From contig OZ024742.1 in assembly GCA_964016885.1 (NCBI GenBank), positions 72,478,001 to 72,542,000 of the forward strand: 64,000 nt of DNA. Reading direction: 5' to 3'. The DNA is from Eledone cirrhosa. Its lineage: Eukaryota. Positions 61,266 through 64,000 of the stretch are shown piece after piece. Under the pieces are notes generated by a model that was not told the DNA's origin, made no database searches, and saw only the letters and a program-made list of their open reading frames with translations. Made by a program: the position numbers and the translations under genes. Position 1 is the stretch's first letter, and the number at the start of each line of letters is the position of its first letter.

Positions 61266-63049
61266 CATTATTATAATATAATATAGAACAAAGTTCAATT
61301 TATTTATAGTTATATCGATATGTATCTAAGGTGTGTTGCTATATCTCTATTGTTTGATTGTATATAATTTCCAAGAAAATGTAGGGTTCGAAGAGAGACC
61401 TTTGACTGAAAGCAACAAAGCATTTTATACTTGAAAATCAAATTAAATATATTCTAATAAGATAGCATTAAATAAACATGCTGCAAAATATATGAGAAAA
61501 TGTTATCGTATTTATTGTAAAAAATGTAGTTGTTAATATTAAAATGAAAGCATGTGGCTTAGTAGTTAAGATGCTCAGTTCACAATTGTAAGGTCGTAAG
61601 TTTGATTTCCAATGTCACATTTTGTTTGTAAGTAAGGCAGTTTATTTCATGTTGTTCCAGTCTACTCAGTTGGAAAAAAAATGAGTTGTACCTGCAATTC
61701 AAAGGGCTATCTATGTCACACAAATGTAAACAGATACTATATACCCATCCTAATAAAAAAACTTTAAAAAATTATTCTTCAATCTTCCAACCTTCTTTTT
61801 CTCCAAACTTTCCTCTTCCTGATGAAGTACTAACATCCAATCGAGACATTCCGTTTTCCTTTTCCAACAAGTGTGAAACTAATAACATTGTATTTAATTA
61901 ATTCTATCTCTGTGTTTGTCCTTTTAAATCTTGAACTATATGTAATGAAAGAGATCGCCTAGCATGAGAAGCAGCAACTTCTTTTTGTAATGGCCCACTT
62001 TAGATTTATTTTAGTTTTACCTATTCGATGTTATATATGACTTACATAGTTCTGAAGTTCACAGAGAACACGTCAATAGTCCATTTGTAAGCCACACCCT
62101 ACTTGTTGCTGACTTCTGATCAAAGAGCAAATTTATGTTACACCCAGCTAATATGTTAGAATTAAGAGTGAAGCAGTAGTTCTTTGAAGCTCTTATACAT
62201 GGATAGCTTTAAATTTCAGCACATAATAAGTTATTACATTTGCGCAGTGAGCATTCTGGTAAAAAAATTTCTTCATCTGAAATCATAAATTGTTTAAAGG
62301 AGACCAAAGGTGAAAAACATTAAAGGACACACCCACACAACCTAAACACCATCTCATATAAGAAAATTGATTCTATGAAATATTACATCAGCAATTGACG
62401 TCATCCTCCAGGTTCTCAAGAATAACAAAGCAACCATTTTGCCTTGTTTAGTCTTATGTCACTTTCCACATTATATATTATCGAACCTTACTTCTGAATT
62501 GTTGATTTGAGAAATGTAATGTATGCGGTTCATTTTCTTGTTGTCTCTCCATGTTCATAGTCCATTTACCTATCAGTATTTGAACTTTATTATCTGTTAT
62601 ATGTTTGTTTAACTTAGAATCTAATCTTTTCAAAAATATGGATAAATCTGTCAGACCTTTCTAAAAAAATCTTCTCGTAAACTTTCCCATTGTTATTATT
62701 ATTTACTTCTGGAATCTTCTTTCCCCTCTCTGTCTCTCTCATATTGTTTATATGTTTACATGTTTCTCTTACCAATCTCTATCACACAGCCACCACCTCG
62801 GCTATTACTCCTTAAGTTTAGACCTGGTTGCTTTTCAATATTCTAAATGGACTACAAATTTGGAGAGTCTGAACAATCTGAACACTCAATGACAATGTCA
62901 AAGATAAAGATAAATTCACCTCCCTCTGCCAGACGAGAATGCAATGCAAGGACTCCTCTTTATTTCAGACACGGATGGCTAACATAATTCCATCTCCCAC
63001 ACCCTTTCTGCGCCTCCAAACCATCCCTTCCATCCACCCAACGAAATCC

Positions 63050-64000
63050 AAAACTTCAGAGTTGGTACCATGAATGTAGGCACTTTGAAAGGTTGCTCAA
63101 ACGAGGTTGCAGAGATGCTTGAACGTAAGGAAGTTGATGTTTGTTGTGTTCAAGAGACTAGGTGGAGGGGTGGGTCTGCTAGATTCATTGTGGGTAAAAA
63201 ATGATGCTATAAACTTTTATGGATGAGAAATGACAATGGGCTGGGTGGAGTAGGAATTATGTTAGCAGAAAAATGGGTAGATAAGGTAATTGCCAGAAAT
63301 AGAGTGAACGACAGAATAATTAAAATAAGACTAGTCCTAAATAGAACTACTGTGACAATAATATCCAGCCTACCTGACGTTATAAAAGACAGGTTCTATG
63401 AGCTGCTAATGCTCACTACCTCCCAAATAACAGACAGTGACTGCATAATTATTGCCGGCGACCTAAATGGTCATGTTGGACAACATTGTGACGGCTATGA
63501 CGGAATCCATGGAGGCTATGGGTTTGGTACTAGAAATGAAGAAGGCTTCAGAATCCAGGAATTCTGTGACGCTAATAACCTAACTATCTGTGACACAAAC
63601 TTAAAAAAAATGAGACAATCACTTGATCACCTATAGATCATAGGAACACGCCAGCAAGGTAGATTATATCCTTACTAGAAGACGTGACAGAGTGTCTGTT
63701 GTAAACACTAAATAAGGAAGAGCAATTAGAGACATACAATATAGACGTAGAAAACAGTGGAAATTCTTGAAAGTTAACCTGCTGAAGGTGACATGAAATC
63801 TGTGGCTGGAGCAGACCTATTGGCAGGAGGAGAGTAATTTAGTGGTGGAACAGTAAGGTGGAGGAGACAATCAAGGCCAAAAAGCAGGCTAAGAAAGTAT
63901 AGCGGGATAGGGGAAGTAGAGAAAACTATCGAGTGGCCAGGAGAAGCTAGGAGACAAGTGTACTTTGCAAGAAGGGAAGCAGAGGATAGAAAGTTCAAGC
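63050..64000 (+). pseudogene. RTE-clade LINE 5' region with APE endonuclease, degenerate, runs off the window
   Basis: RVGTMNVGTL..DVCCVQETRWRG..GVGIMLAEKW..IAGDLNGHVG..HGGYGFGTRNEEG..VDYILTR, with internal stops and deletions. Confidence 0.88.

Noticed and set aside
61818-61850. Second hammerhead-like motif CCTGATGAAG...CGAGAC
   Set aside because: The GAAA box is mutated and there is no convincing stem II; too decayed to call.

Overview
AT-rich, microsatellite-dense animal genomic DNA. Its repeat content looks cephalopod or octopus-like, which is an inference. The only recognisable host gene is the last two coding exons of deoxyhypusine hydroxylase (DOHH, 2202-3630, +). A candidate orphan gene has a strong acceptor and a 101-aa ORF at 50727-51042, with a possible non-coding first exon ending at 37725. 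The rest is a mosaic of mobile DNA: a near full-length Tx1/L1-clade LINE (17778-23397, -) and a truncated relative fused to a Penelope fragment; a compact LTR retrotransposon with a TGTAG target-site duplication (TSD) (26347-30510, -); two nearly identical CR1-like LINE copies in inverted orientation; three CRE-clade fragments; RTE and Penelope remnants; a solo LTR; Tc1/mariner, pogo and piggyBac-type MITEs; three SINE families; and a stand-alone tRNA-like Pol III unit. The most unusual signal is the primer-binding site (PBS) of the LTR element: it is complementary to nt 1-12 of tRNA-Phe rather than to a tRNA 3' CCA end. All family assignments come from motif recognition by eye; no database search was run.
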